From: Elusimicrobiota bacterium
GTDB taxonomy: Bacteria; Elusimicrobiota; Elusimicrobia; UBA1565; UBA9628
Direction of reading: 5' to 3'
Length of the DNA stretch: 64,000 nucleotides
Assembly (NCBI GenBank): GCA_016207605.1
Contig: JACQPJ010000041.1
Location: 4,264-68,263 of the forward strand
Shown here: piece by piece, positions 25,259 to 34,410 of the stretch
Numbering within the stretch: the first letter of the stretch is position 1
Layout of the letters: every line of letters starts with the position of its first letter
The notes under the pieces: model-generated
Seen by the model: the letters and a program-made list of their open reading frames with translations, nothing else
Database searches by the model: none
Told to the model about the DNA's origin: nothing
Program-made: the position numbers and the translations under genes

Positions 25259-26959
25259 GTGAAGTATTGGGTCTATAAAAACGCCCGCATCCTGGGTCCC
25301 CTGGACAAAGAGGGGGTTTCGGGCCTGCCCGGCTTGGACGCCGACACGCTCGTCTGCTCCGACGAGGCGGCCTCCGTTCTCCAGAGCGGCTGGCGTCCGG
25401 CGGGGGAGCTGCAGGACTTCGCGGGGCTGACCGCCGAACTCGAGCCTTCGGGTCCGTTGGAAGGGGCGCCGCTGGACGTGGAGCTGCTCGCCGAGCTGCG
25501 CATCGGTTCTCGCGGGCCTTCCGCCGCGCCTGCGTCGGCGCCCGGCCGCGCGGACCTTGAGACGGAGGCCCTGCTGCGGGAAGCCCGCGAGCGCGTCGCC
25601 GAGCTCGCGGAGCAGGTGGCGGCGCTGCGCCGGCGCGTCGCGGAATTGGAGGTCCCGTCCCCCGCTCCCGAGCTTGCATCGCCTCCGGAGCCGCCCGCGC
25701 CCCCGCGTCCCGAGGCTCTCGCGGCGCCTGCCGCCGCGGCGCCCGCTCCCTCGGAATCCGTCGCGTCCTCTCCCGCGCCTGCGCCCGAGCCTGAGCGGCC
25801 GCCCGAGCCGGAGCCGCCTCGGGCCAAGCCGTTCTCCTTAGGGCGGCCGCGGCGGTTCAAGGTCGTTCCCGCCCTCAAGTCGTTGCGCGTGGTCGCGTCG
25901 GAGGAAGCGGTTCTTCCCGCGCCGCTTCCGGCCCCAGCGTCCCTGCCGCCCCCCGGCCCCCTTGCGCCGCCGCCGGCCCCCTCGGAGTCCGCCGCGCCGG
26001 CGCCCGTCCTGGCGCCGGAACAGCCGCCGACGTTTACGCCGCCGGCCGCTCAGCCGCCCGTCGCCGCGCTCCCCGTGACGCTGGCCGTCTCCGCTCCATC
26101 CGCCCCGGCGGCGGAGCCCGCTCCCGCGCCGCCTTCCACGCGGGAGGTCCTGGCCCGTCTGTCCAGGCCGGAGCCCGCGCCGCCCACGGCGCCGGAGCCG
26201 GAGCCTCCGCGGACGTTTTATTTCGGCGGGCCGGCGCTGGTCGTCGCCTTGGTCGTCCTGGTGGCGCTGGGCGTAGGCTACGTTTTCCTGCGTCATCCCA
26301 AGGATCTCCGGCAGATGGCGTCCCTGGACGACGGCCGGGAGCGCGTCGGGGCCCAGCCCCTGGAGGACGCCGTTCCGTCCGGCTCGCCCCCGGCCGCTTC
26401 CGCGCCCGCCGCCTTCCCGCTCGAGCCCGAGGGCTCGGCGCCGGCGGCCTCCAGCGCCGTCCAGCCGACTCCCCAGGCCCGGTTGGACGCGGCCGTGGCG
26501 CTGGTCCAAGGCTTCCCTCTTTCCGGCGGCCGCGGAACCATCGCCCAATGGCTGCAGTACTCCTTCAACGCCAGTCCCAACGCCGGCCAGGAGTCGTGGA
26601 ACGCGAGCGGGACGACCGACAGGACCGTCCTGGTCGAGTACCGCTTCATCCCCTCCGTTCGCGGCGCGCGTCCGGTTCACTACCTCTTCGAGACGGACAT
26701 GGAACAAGGCTTCGTGGTCGGCAAGAGCCTGGAGGCGCGCCAGATGCTGGCGGGGGGAGGCGCCGCCGTCGCGTCGGCCAAGCCGGCGCCGGCGCGCGCC
26801 CGCGGGAGCGCGCGGGCGTCCCGGCGCCGGACGTCCCGCGCCGGCGCCGCCAAGTCCCGCGTTCGGGCGCGCCCGGCGCCGCTTCCGGAGATCGAGCGCC
26901 TGCGGCCCCCGGCCCAGGAGAGCGGGGCCTTCAGCGCGGGGGAGGAACAGGCCCTGTGA
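25259..26959 (+). CDS. Membrane protein with N-terminal GYF_2 (DUF4339)-like domain, Pro-rich linker, one TM segment and a C-terminal globular domain
   Basis: 566 aa, GTG start. N-terminus KYWVYKNARILGPLDKEGVSGLPGLDADTLVCSDE...GWRPAGEL. TM segment FGGPALVVALVVLVALGVGYVF. Confidence 0.5.
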   Translation: MKYWVYKNARILGPLDKEGVSGLPGLDADTLVCSDEAASVLQSGWRPAGELQDFAGLTAELEPSGPLEGAPLDVELLAELRIGSRGPSAAPASAPGRADLETEALLREARERVAELAEQVAALRRRVAELEVPSPAPELASPPEPPAPPRPEALAAPAAAAPAPSESVASSPAPAPEPERPPEPEPPRAKPFSLGRPRRFKVVPALKSLRVVASEEAVLPAPLPAPASLPPPGPLAPPPAPSESAAPAPVLAPEQPPTFTPPAAQPPVAALPVTLAVSAPSAPAAEPAPAPPSTREVLARLSRPEPAPPTAPEPEPPRTFYFGGPALVVALVVLVALGVGYVFLRHPKDLRQMASLDDGRERVGAQPLEDAVPSGSPPAASAPAAFPLEPEGSAPAASSAVQPTPQARLDAAVALVQGFPLSGGRGTIAQWLQYSFNASPNAGQESWNASGTTDRTVLVEYRFIPSVRGARPVHYLFETDMEQGFVVGKSLEARQMLAGGGAAVASAKPAPARARGSARASRRRTSRAGAAKSRVRARPAPLPEIERLRPPAQESGAFSAGEEQAL

Positions 26960-26977
26960 GCCGACTTTCCCGCAGAC

Positions 26978-27006
26978 TTGACAAAGGCGGACGCGGACCC
27001 TAACCT
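26978..27006 (+). promoter_or_regulatory. Sigma70-like promoter of pilB
   Basis: TTGACA (26978-26983), a 17-nt spacer, then TAACCT (27001-27006). The -10 abuts the ATG at 27007, and a second in-frame ATG lies at 27016. Confidence 0.4.
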
Positions 27007-28794
27007 ATGGCGGATATGCCCAGCGTCCACCACGCCATCGCCATCGGCCTGTCGCGGCGCCTGGCGGACATCCTGGTCGAGGAGAAGCGCCTCACCGCGG
27101 CCCAGCTCCAGCAGGCCCTGGAGGCCCAGAAGCGCGGCTCCGACAAGCTGGGCAGCCTCCTCGTCTCCATGGGCTTCATCGACCAGGAGTCGCTGCTCCG
27201 GTTCTTCGCCGACAAGACCGGCGTCGCCTACGTGTCCCTGTCGGAGGCGGACCCGATCCCCGAGGAGGCGGTCCAGGCCGTCCCCGAGGCGATCGCGCGC
27301 CAGAAGATGCTGATGCCGTTCCTCAAGACCAAGAACCGGCTGACCGTCGCCCTCGTCGATCCTCTCGACGTCCTCGTCCTCGACGACCTGAAGATGCTCA
27401 CGGGCTGCGACGTGGTCGGCTGCCTGGCCTCCGAGGCCGAGATCGTCGCCGCGCACGACAAGTACTACCGGCAGGCCACCTCGCAGGAGGCTCTGGAGGA
27501 CATCGTCCGCCAGTCCCAGGTCTCCGAGGACGCGGCCGCGGACGTCGAGCAGGTCGAGGACCAGGCCCAGCAGGAGAGGGAGGGCGCCCTCGAGCGCGAG
27601 GCCGAGGACGCGCCCGTCATCAAGATGGTCAACCTCATCCTCGCCGGCGCGGTCAAGGCCAAGGCCTCGGACATCCACATCGAGCCCTACCAGAAGGAGC
27701 TGCGCATCCGCTACCGCATCGACGGGGTCCTGCACGACCAGCCCGCGCCGCCCAAGAAGTTCTCCGCCGCCGTCGCCGCGCGCGTCAAGATCATGTCCAA
27801 CCTCGATATCGCCGAGCGGCGCGTCCCTCAGGACGGGCGCTTGAAGCTCAGGATCGAAGGGCGCCAGATCGACATGCGCGTGTCGGTCCTGCCCTGCGCG
27901 ACCGGCGAGAAGATCGTCATCCGCCTTCTCGACTCGGCGGGCCTGCGCGTGCAGATGGGCCAGCTCGGCTTCGAGCCCGAGCCGCTGGCCGTGTTCCAGA
28001 AGGCCATGGAGGCCCCCTACGGCGTCAACCTGGTCACGGGCCCGACGGGCTCGGGCAAGTCCACGACGCTCTACTCGGCTTTGGCCAATCTCAACACTCC
28101 GGACGTCAACATCGTGACCGCCGAGGACCCGGTCGAGTACCAGCTCCACGGCATCAACCAGGTCCAGGTCCACGCGGCCATCGGCCTCACCTTCGCCGCG
28201 GCCCTGCGCTCCTTTCTGCGCCAGGACCCCGACATCATCATGGTCGGCGAGATCCGCGACCAGGAGACCGCGTCCATCGCCGTCAACGCGGCGCTGACCG
28301 GCCACCTCGTCTTCTCGACCCTCCACACCAACGACACCGCCCAGACGCTCACGCGCCTGGGGATGATGGGCGTGGAGCCCTTCCTGATCAGCTCCGCCCT
28401 GCTGATGGTGGAGGCCCAGCGCCTGGTGCGCTCGGTCTGCGTCAAGTGCCGGGAGCCCTACGAGGTCGAGAAGGACTGGCTGCTCAAGCTGGGCATTCCC
28501 GAGGCCCAGCTCCAGACTGCGGGCAAGGGCAAGATCGTCCTCCACAAGGGCAAGGGCTGCGGCCACTGCGCCGCCACCGGCTACCGCGGCCGCCAGGGGC
28601 TTTACGAGGTCATGGAGATCACCGACCCCATCCGCCAGCTCATCCTGGAGCGCGCGCCCGCCAAGCGGATCAAGGAGCAGTCCATGCGGCAGGGTATGCT
28701 GACCCTGCGCATGTGCGCCGTCCGCAAGCTGCTGTCCGGCGCCACGACCGTCGAGGAGATGATGCGGGTCACCGCGTCCGACACGGACGTCTGA
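27007..28794 (+). CDS. pilB: Type IV pilus assembly ATPase PilB (GspE family) with N-terminal T2SSE_N/MshEN-type domain
   Basis: 595 aa. Walker A GPTGSGKST, Asp/His boxes and the tetracysteine CVKC...CGHC. The start could instead be 27016 (see promoter). Confidence 0.9.
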   Translation: MADMPSVHHAIAIGLSRRLADILVEEKRLTAAQLQQALEAQKRGSDKLGSLLVSMGFIDQESLLRFFADKTGVAYVSLSEADPIPEEAVQAVPEAIARQKMLMPFLKTKNRLTVALVDPLDVLVLDDLKMLTGCDVVGCLASEAEIVAAHDKYYRQATSQEALEDIVRQSQVSEDAAADVEQVEDQAQQEREGALEREAEDAPVIKMVNLILAGAVKAKASDIHIEPYQKELRIRYRIDGVLHDQPAPPKKFSAAVAARVKIMSNLDIAERRVPQDGRLKLRIEGRQIDMRVSVLPCATGEKIVIRLLDSAGLRVQMGQLGFEPEPLAVFQKAMEAPYGVNLVTGPTGSGKSTTLYSALANLNTPDVNIVTAEDPVEYQLHGINQVQVHAAIGLTFAAALRSFLRQDPDIIMVGEIRDQETASIAVNAALTGHLVFSTLHTNDTAQTLTRLGMMGVEPFLISSALLMVEAQRLVRSVCVKCREPYEVEKDWLLKLGIPEAQLQTAGKGKIVLHKGKGCGHCAATGYRGRQGLYEVMEITDPIRQLILERAPAKRIKEQSMRQGMLTLRMCAVRKLLSGATTVEEMMRVTASDTDV

Positions 28795-28813
28795 GGCCCC
28801 CGAGGAGACACGC

Positions 28814-29902
<1,089 letters not shown>

Positions 29903-29903
29903 C

Positions 29904-31136
29904 ATGCCCGCCTTCGCCTACCGCGTCAAGACCGCCGCCGGAACCTTCCTCGACGGCCTGCTGGAGGCCGACGGCCGCAAGGCCGCCGTCGACAAGCTGC
30001 GCGCCCAGAAGTTCGTCGTCATCCAGATCGCGGAGAGGACGCCCGGCCCCCTGGACAAGCTCAAGGCCCTCTTCGGCGGCAAGAGGAAGGGCAAGGTCGT
30101 GTCCAAGGACCTGGTCCTCTTCTCGCGCCAGCTCTCCACGCTGGTCGGCGCGGGCGTGCCCATCGTCCAGAGCCTGGGCATCCTCGAGTCGCAGGCCGAG
30201 AACCCGGCCTTCAAGGAGGTCCTGGCCGCGGTCAAGACCGACATCGAGGCGGGCCTGTCCATCTCGGACGCGCTCAAGAAGCACCCGGAGGCCTTCCCCG
30301 ACCTCTACACGTCCATGATCCGCGCTGGCGAGCTGGGCGGCATCCTCGACGTCATCCTGGAGCGCCTGACCGCCTACATGGAGAGCTCGGAGGCGCTCAA
30401 GGCCAAGGTCAAGTCCGCGATGATGTACCCGGCCATCGTGCTCTCCATCTGCGCCCTGGTCACCGTCTTCCTGATGGTCTTCGTCATCCCGACCTTCAAG
30501 AACATCTTCGCCAGCTTCGGCGGCGAGCTGCCGCTGCCCACCCAGATCCTGATCGACATCTCCGACGGGATGAAGCGGCACTGGTACCTGCTCGTCGCGG
30601 CGCCCTACCTCCTCTACAAGGGGTTCCTGCGCCTCTACGCCACCTCCAAGGGCCGCCGCTGGGTGGACGCCAAGACCCTGGAGGCGCCGATCTTCGGGCC
30701 CATCCTCAAGAAGGTCGCCGTCGCCCGCTTCACGCGCACGCTCGGCACCCTCATCAAGTCGGGCGTTCCCATCATGCAGGCCCTGGAGACCGTGGCCGCG
30801 ACCGCGGGCAACGTGGTCATCGCCGAGGCCGTCCTGCTCACCCGCGAGTCCGTGCGCGAGGGCGGCCACCTCGCCGACCCCTTGAAGAAGTGCGGCATCT
30901 TCCCCAACATGGTCACCTCGATGATCTCGGTCGGCGAGGAGACCGGCGCGCTCGACATCATGCTCTCCAAGATCGCCGACTTCTACGACCAGGAAGTCGA
31001 CACCTCGGTCAAGGGCCTGACCTCCCTCATCGAGCCCATCGTCATCGTGGTCATGGGCATCATCATCGGCTCCATCGTCATCGCGATGTTCATGCCGATG
31101 TTCGGCCTCGGCGAGCTGGCCGCCAACCAGGGCTGA
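29904..31136 (+). CDS. pilC: Type IV pilus platform protein PilC (GspF family)
   Basis: 410 aa with two T2SSF repeats and three TM segments. Starts 1 nt after the pilT stop. Confidence 0.9.
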   Translation: MPAFAYRVKTAAGTFLDGLLEADGRKAAVDKLRAQKFVVIQIAERTPGPLDKLKALFGGKRKGKVVSKDLVLFSRQLSTLVGAGVPIVQSLGILESQAENPAFKEVLAAVKTDIEAGLSISDALKKHPEAFPDLYTSMIRAGELGGILDVILERLTAYMESSEALKAKVKSAMMYPAIVLSICALVTVFLMVFVIPTFKNIFASFGGELPLPTQILIDISDGMKRHWYLLVAAPYLLYKGFLRLYATSKGRRWVDAKTLEAPIFGPILKKVAVARFTRTLGTLIKSGVPIMQALETVAATAGNVVIAEAVLLTRESVREGGHLADPLKKCGIFPNMVTSMISVGEETGALDIMLSKIADFYDQEVDTSVKGLTSLIEPIVIVVMGIIIGSIVIAMFMPMFGLGELAANQG

Positions 31137-31144
31137 TTCCGGTC

Positions 31145-31173
31145 TTGACAAGACGTACTATTCATGGTACGCT
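31145..31173 (+). promoter_or_regulatory. yefM-yoeB promoter with embedded GTAC-core operator
   Basis: TTGACA (31145-31150), a 17-nt spacer, then TACGCT (31168-31173). Two GTAC cores (31155-31158 and 31167-31170) sit 12 bp centre to centre. The ATG at 31180 lies 7 nt after the -10, so the mRNA is probably leaderless. Confidence 0.5.
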
Positions 31174-31179
31174 TCGATC

Positions 31180-31422
31180 ATGACCACCATCACCACCAGC
31201 CGCGCCCGGGCGCAGCTCTATCATTTGGTTGACGCGGCCAGCCGTTCCCACCAGCCGATCCAGATCACCGGAAGGCGATCCAGCGCGGTTCTCGTGTCCG
31301 CGGAGGATTGGAGCGCGATCCAGGAGACGCTTTACCTGCTTTCGATTCCCGGCATGCGCGAATCCATCATCAAGGGAGCCAAGACTCCCGTGAGCAAGTG
31401 CTCCGCTAAGATCGCGTGGTAA
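31180..31422 (+). CDS. yefM: Phd/YefM family antitoxin
   Basis: 80 aa, TTSRARAQLYHLVDAASRSHQPIQITGRRSSAVLVSAEDWSAIQETLYLLS. Confidence 0.8.
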   Translation: MTTITTSRARAQLYHLVDAASRSHQPIQITGRRSSAVLVSAEDWSAIQETLYLLSIPGMRESIIKGAKTPVSKCSAKIAW

Positions 31423-31682
31423 GCTGGCGGATCGTCTTCGCGCGCCAGGCGCTGAAAGACGCAAAAAAGCTTTCCGCGGCGGGCCTGCGGTCGAAAGCGG
31501 AGACGCTGCTCGAAGTCCTTCGCGCCGATCCCTTCCAAAATCCTCCGCCGTACGAGAAATTGGTCGGCGACCTTGCCGGGACCTATTCTCGCCGCATCAA
31601 CATCCAGCACCGCCTCGTCTACCAGGTTGACAAGGACCTTCGCGCTGTCAAGGTGATCCGCCTCTGGACGCACTATGAATGA
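31416..31682 (+). CDS. yoeB: Txe/YoeB family toxin
   Basis: 88 aa with a GTG start overlapping the yefM stop. DPFQNPPPYEKLVGDLAGTYSRRINIQHRLVYQV...WTHYE matches the YoeB pattern. Confidence 0.8.
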   Translation: MVSWRIVFARQALKDAKKLSAAGLRSKAETLLEVLRADPFQNPPPYEKLVGDLAGTYSRRINIQHRLVYQVDKDLRAVKVIRLWTHYE

Positions 31683-33024
31683 GCGCATCGGGCTTCTCGC
31701 CGAAGAGATTCTTGCCGCGCAGGAGGCGGTGGTAGGCCACGCCGAAGCGGTGGGCTTCGTCGCGCAGACGCTGGAGCAGGCTCAGGGCGGGGGAGCCGAT
31801 GGGGAGCAGAAGGGCTTCCGAGCGGCCGGGCAGGAAGACCTCCTCGATGCGCTTGGCCAGCGAGGCGAGGGGGATTTTCAATTTAAGCTCGGCGAGCGCG
31901 GCCTGAGCCGCGCCGAGCTGGCCCTTGCCGCCGTCAACGAGCACGAGGTCGGGCAGCCCGGCTTTCTCGGCGGCGAGGCGCTTGTAGCGGCGCAGCACCG
32001 CCTCGCGCAGGGACTTGAAGTCGTCGATGCCCGGCGTCTCGCGGATGCGGAATTTTCGGTAGTGGTCGCGGTGCGCTCGGCCGCCGACGAAGCAGACCAT
32101 CGAGGCGACGGTCTGGCGGCCTTGGAAGTGCGAGACGTCGAATCCTTCGATATGCGCCGGCGGAGCGGCAAGGCCCAGCGCCCTCTGTAGGTTCGTGACC
32201 GCCCGCGTGCCCGCCAGGTGGCCGCCGACGTCGTCGGCCTCGACGGCGCGCACGCGTATTCTCTCTCCCATGAGGCCGAGGGCTCTGGCGTTATCGCGCA
32301 TGTGGGCCGCCGTTTCGTACTCCAGCCTCGATGACGCGGCTTTCATCTCGCGCTCGAACTCGTCCCTCAAGTCCTTGTAGCGGCCCTTGAAGAACATCAC
32401 GGCCCGCTCGGCGATTGTGCGGTAGTCGTCTTTGGATATTCGGCCGGCGCACGGCGCAGGGCATTCCTTGGTGTGGTAGTACAGGCAGGATTTGATCTTG
32501 CGGGGGTCGAGCGGCTTGGTCCGCGAGAACTCCCAGCGGCATGGCCGCAGGGGAAAGATCTTGCGCGTCCACAGATAGTGCAGAAGCGAGCGCACGGGCC
32601 CGACTTGCGGATACGGCCCGAAGTAGGCGCCGCCGTCGCGGACTTTTCGGCGCGTCGTGAAGACCCGTGGGAAGTCCTCGCCCAGCGATATCTTCAGGTA
32701 CGGATAGGTCTTGCCGTCCTTCCACATCGCGTTGAAGAAGGGCTGGTTCTCGTGGATCAGGCGGCGCTCGAGGAGCAGGGCCTCCCGCTCCGAGCGGCAG
32801 AGCACGTAGTCTATGCGCCGCACCAGCGGCGCCAGGGCCTGGGTCTTGGCGTCCTCCTTGTTCGGGTTGAAGTACTGCGCCACCCGCTTGGCCAGGTCGA
32901 TCGCCTTGCCTATGTAGAGAATCTCCCCCGTCCCATCGCGCAGGATGTAGACGCCGGTCGCGTGGGGCAGGTGGCGCCGGTCGGGAGAGCCGGCCTCGTC
33001 GGGAGGGCGGGGCGTGTCGTCCAT
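31648..33024 (-). CDS. uvrC: Excinuclease ABC subunit C lacking the C-terminal (HhH)2 domain
   Basis: ATG at 33024 (MDDTPRPP...) chosen. GIY-YIG (GVYILRDGTGEILYIGKA), a UVR domain (EYETAAHMRDNARAL) and the RNase H-like endonuclease domain (IEGFDVSHFQG...LVDGGKGQ). It ends about 55-60 aa short of typical UvrC, and its 3' end overlaps convergent yoeB by 35 nt. Confidence 0.8.
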   Translation of the reverse strand: MDDTPRPPDEAGSPDRRHLPHATGVYILRDGTGEILYIGKAIDLAKRVAQYFNPNKEDAKTQALAPLVRRIDYVLCRSEREALLLERRLIHENQPFFNAMWKDGKTYPYLKISLGEDFPRVFTTRRKVRDGGAYFGPYPQVGPVRSLLHYLWTRKIFPLRPCRWEFSRTKPLDPRKIKSCLYYHTKECPAPCAGRISKDDYRTIAERAVMFFKGRYKDLRDEFEREMKAASSRLEYETAAHMRDNARALGLMGERIRVRAVEADDVGGHLAGTRAVTNLQRALGLAAPPAHIEGFDVSHFQGRQTVASMVCFVGGRAHRDHYRKFRIRETPGIDDFKSLREAVLRRYKRLAAEKAGLPDLVLVDGGKGQLGAAQAALAELKLKIPLASLAKRIEEVFLPGRSEALLLPIGSPALSLLQRLRDEAHRFGVAYHRLLRGKNLFGEKPDALIHSASRGGSP

Positions 33025-33034
33025 GGGATTATTG

Positions 33035-33040
33035 TATAAT
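33035..33040 (+). promoter_or_regulatory. Candidate -10 box (TATAAT) for rpsT
   Basis: Perfect TATAAT 8 nt upstream of the rpsT ATG (33049). No Shine-Dalgarno lies in between and no clear -35 is present. Confidence 0.35.
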
Positions 33041-33048
33041 GCTCGCCT

Positions 33049-33345
33049 ATGGCAAAGAAGAAGCAGACCCGTCACAAGTCGGCGCTAAAGGCGGGGCGTC
33101 AGGCCCTCAAGCGCTGGCTGCGCAACCGCGACATCAAGAAGTCGGTGCGCTCCGCCGTGCGCGCGGTCGTGGACGCGGCCAAGGCCAAGGACGTGGGCAG
33201 GATCGCCGAGATGACGGCGAAGGCGTCCGCGGTCCTCGACAAGGCCGCTCAGAGCGGCGTCCTGCACTGGAAGGCCGCGGCGCGCAAGAAGTCGCGTCTG
33301 GCCGCCCAGGCGCGCAAGCTCGTCGCCTCCGCGGCCGCCAAGTAG
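33049..33345 (+). CDS. rpsT: 30S ribosomal protein S20
   Basis: 98 aa, MAKKKQTRHKSALKAGRQALKR..., basic and helical, typical of S20. Confidence 0.9.
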   Translation: MAKKKQTRHKSALKAGRQALKRWLRNRDIKKSVRSAVRAVVDAAKAKDVGRIAEMTAKASAVLDKAAQSGVLHWKAAARKKSRLAAQARKLVASAAAK

Positions 33346-33355
33346 TTCGGCGGCC

Positions 33356-34378
33356 TTAAGCCGCGCACAATTCCACGACCAGTCGCTCAAGCTCCAGCTT
33401 GGGATCGAGCCACGACTTCGATTTAAGGTCCGCCTCGACCTCCAGGCAGCGGCGCAGGTCCCGGCGCAGGCGCTCCTCGCCGACGCGCTCGGCGCGGGCG
33501 AAGAACCCCCGGTCGTAGAAGATGCGCAGGCGCGTCTCGATCTCGCGGGGAGCGGCGCCGGCCCTCAGCAGGCGCTTGGCCTTGAGCTGCTTCAAGCAGG
33601 CGCCGCGAATCTGGGCCAGGGCGCGAAAGACCGCGTCCTCGGGCTTGCCGTCGGCGAAGAGCGCGGCGAGCTGGTCCAGGCAGGCCTTGAGATCGCGCTC
33701 CTGGACGAGCCGCTCCAGGGCCCAAGGATCGGCCGACTTCCGGTAGCCGAGGCACTGGAGCGCGTCCTCCACGCCGATTCCCGGGGCGTTCCCGACGAAG
33801 AGAGCGGCTTTTTCCAGCTCGCCGGCGAGCACGCCCCAGTCCGTTCCCGCCTCGGCGACCAGCGCCTCCGCGGCCCGGGGGGCCAGGGTCTTGCCCAGCT
33901 CCCGCGCCCGCGCGATCAGGCGCTCGGCCGCCGTCCCCTCGTCCAGCGGCGCGAAGACGCAGACCGCGCCCGCGCGGGCCGCGGCCGCCGCGAGAGGGTC
34001 CCGGCGGTCCGGGCGGCGGTCGTCGCAGAGCAGGACCAGCGTCGTGGTCGCGCAGGGCGACTCCAGGTAGGCGGCGAAGGCCGCGCGCGCCTCGGCGGGC
34101 AGCCGGGGGCCGCGCACGATCACGAGCCGCCGCTCGGCCAGGACGGGCAGGGTCAGGGCCTCGGCGATCGCGGCCTGCGCGCCGGCCTGCGCGTCCAGCT
34201 CCCGGCGGTTGAAGTCGTCGGCGCCGAAGAGTTTTTTGAGCTCGAGAAGAGCCTGGGCCTTGGCCGCGGACTCCTCGCCGAGCAGGTAGTAGACGGGCCG
34301 GAAGCGCCCGGCCTTCCATTCCCCGAGGAGCGCCTCGGCGGACAGTTCCACTAGGCCGCGATCCTTCGGACGCGGCAC
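33356..34378 (-). CDS. holA: DNA polymerase III subunit delta
   Basis: 340 aa in the track, with FRPVYYLLGEE and the conserved position after leuS-lptE. The GTG start at 34378 lies inside a CTAG-bounded repeat. An alternative GTG at 34348 (VELSAEALL...) is equally plausible. Confidence 0.75.
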   Translation of the reverse strand: MPRPKDRGLVELSAEALLGEWKAGRFRPVYYLLGEESAAKAQALLELKKLFGADDFNRRELDAQAGAQAAIAEALTLPVLAERRLVIVRGPRLPAEARAAFAAYLESPCATTTLVLLCDDRRPDRRDPLAAAAARAGAVCVFAPLDEGTAAERLIARARELGKTLAPRAAEALVAEAGTDWGVLAGELEKAALFVGNAPGIGVEDALQCLGYRKSADPWALERLVQERDLKACLDQLAALFADGKPEDAVFRALAQIRGACLKQLKAKRLLRAGAAPREIETRLRIFYDRGFFARAERVGEERLRRDLRRCLEVEADLKSKSWLDPKLELERLVVELCAA

Positions 34379-34410
34379 AGATGCGCTGAGGAGAGGCTCA
34401 TAGCATCTAG
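34351..34410 (-). repeat. CTAG-bounded double-hairpin repeat unit (single copy, inverted relative to the 49.4 kb copies)
   Basis: The reverse complement reads CTAGATGCTATGAGCCTCTCCTCAGCGCATCTGTGCCGCGTCCGAAGGATCGCGGCCTAG, near-identical to the units at 49387 and 50202. Confidence 0.85.
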
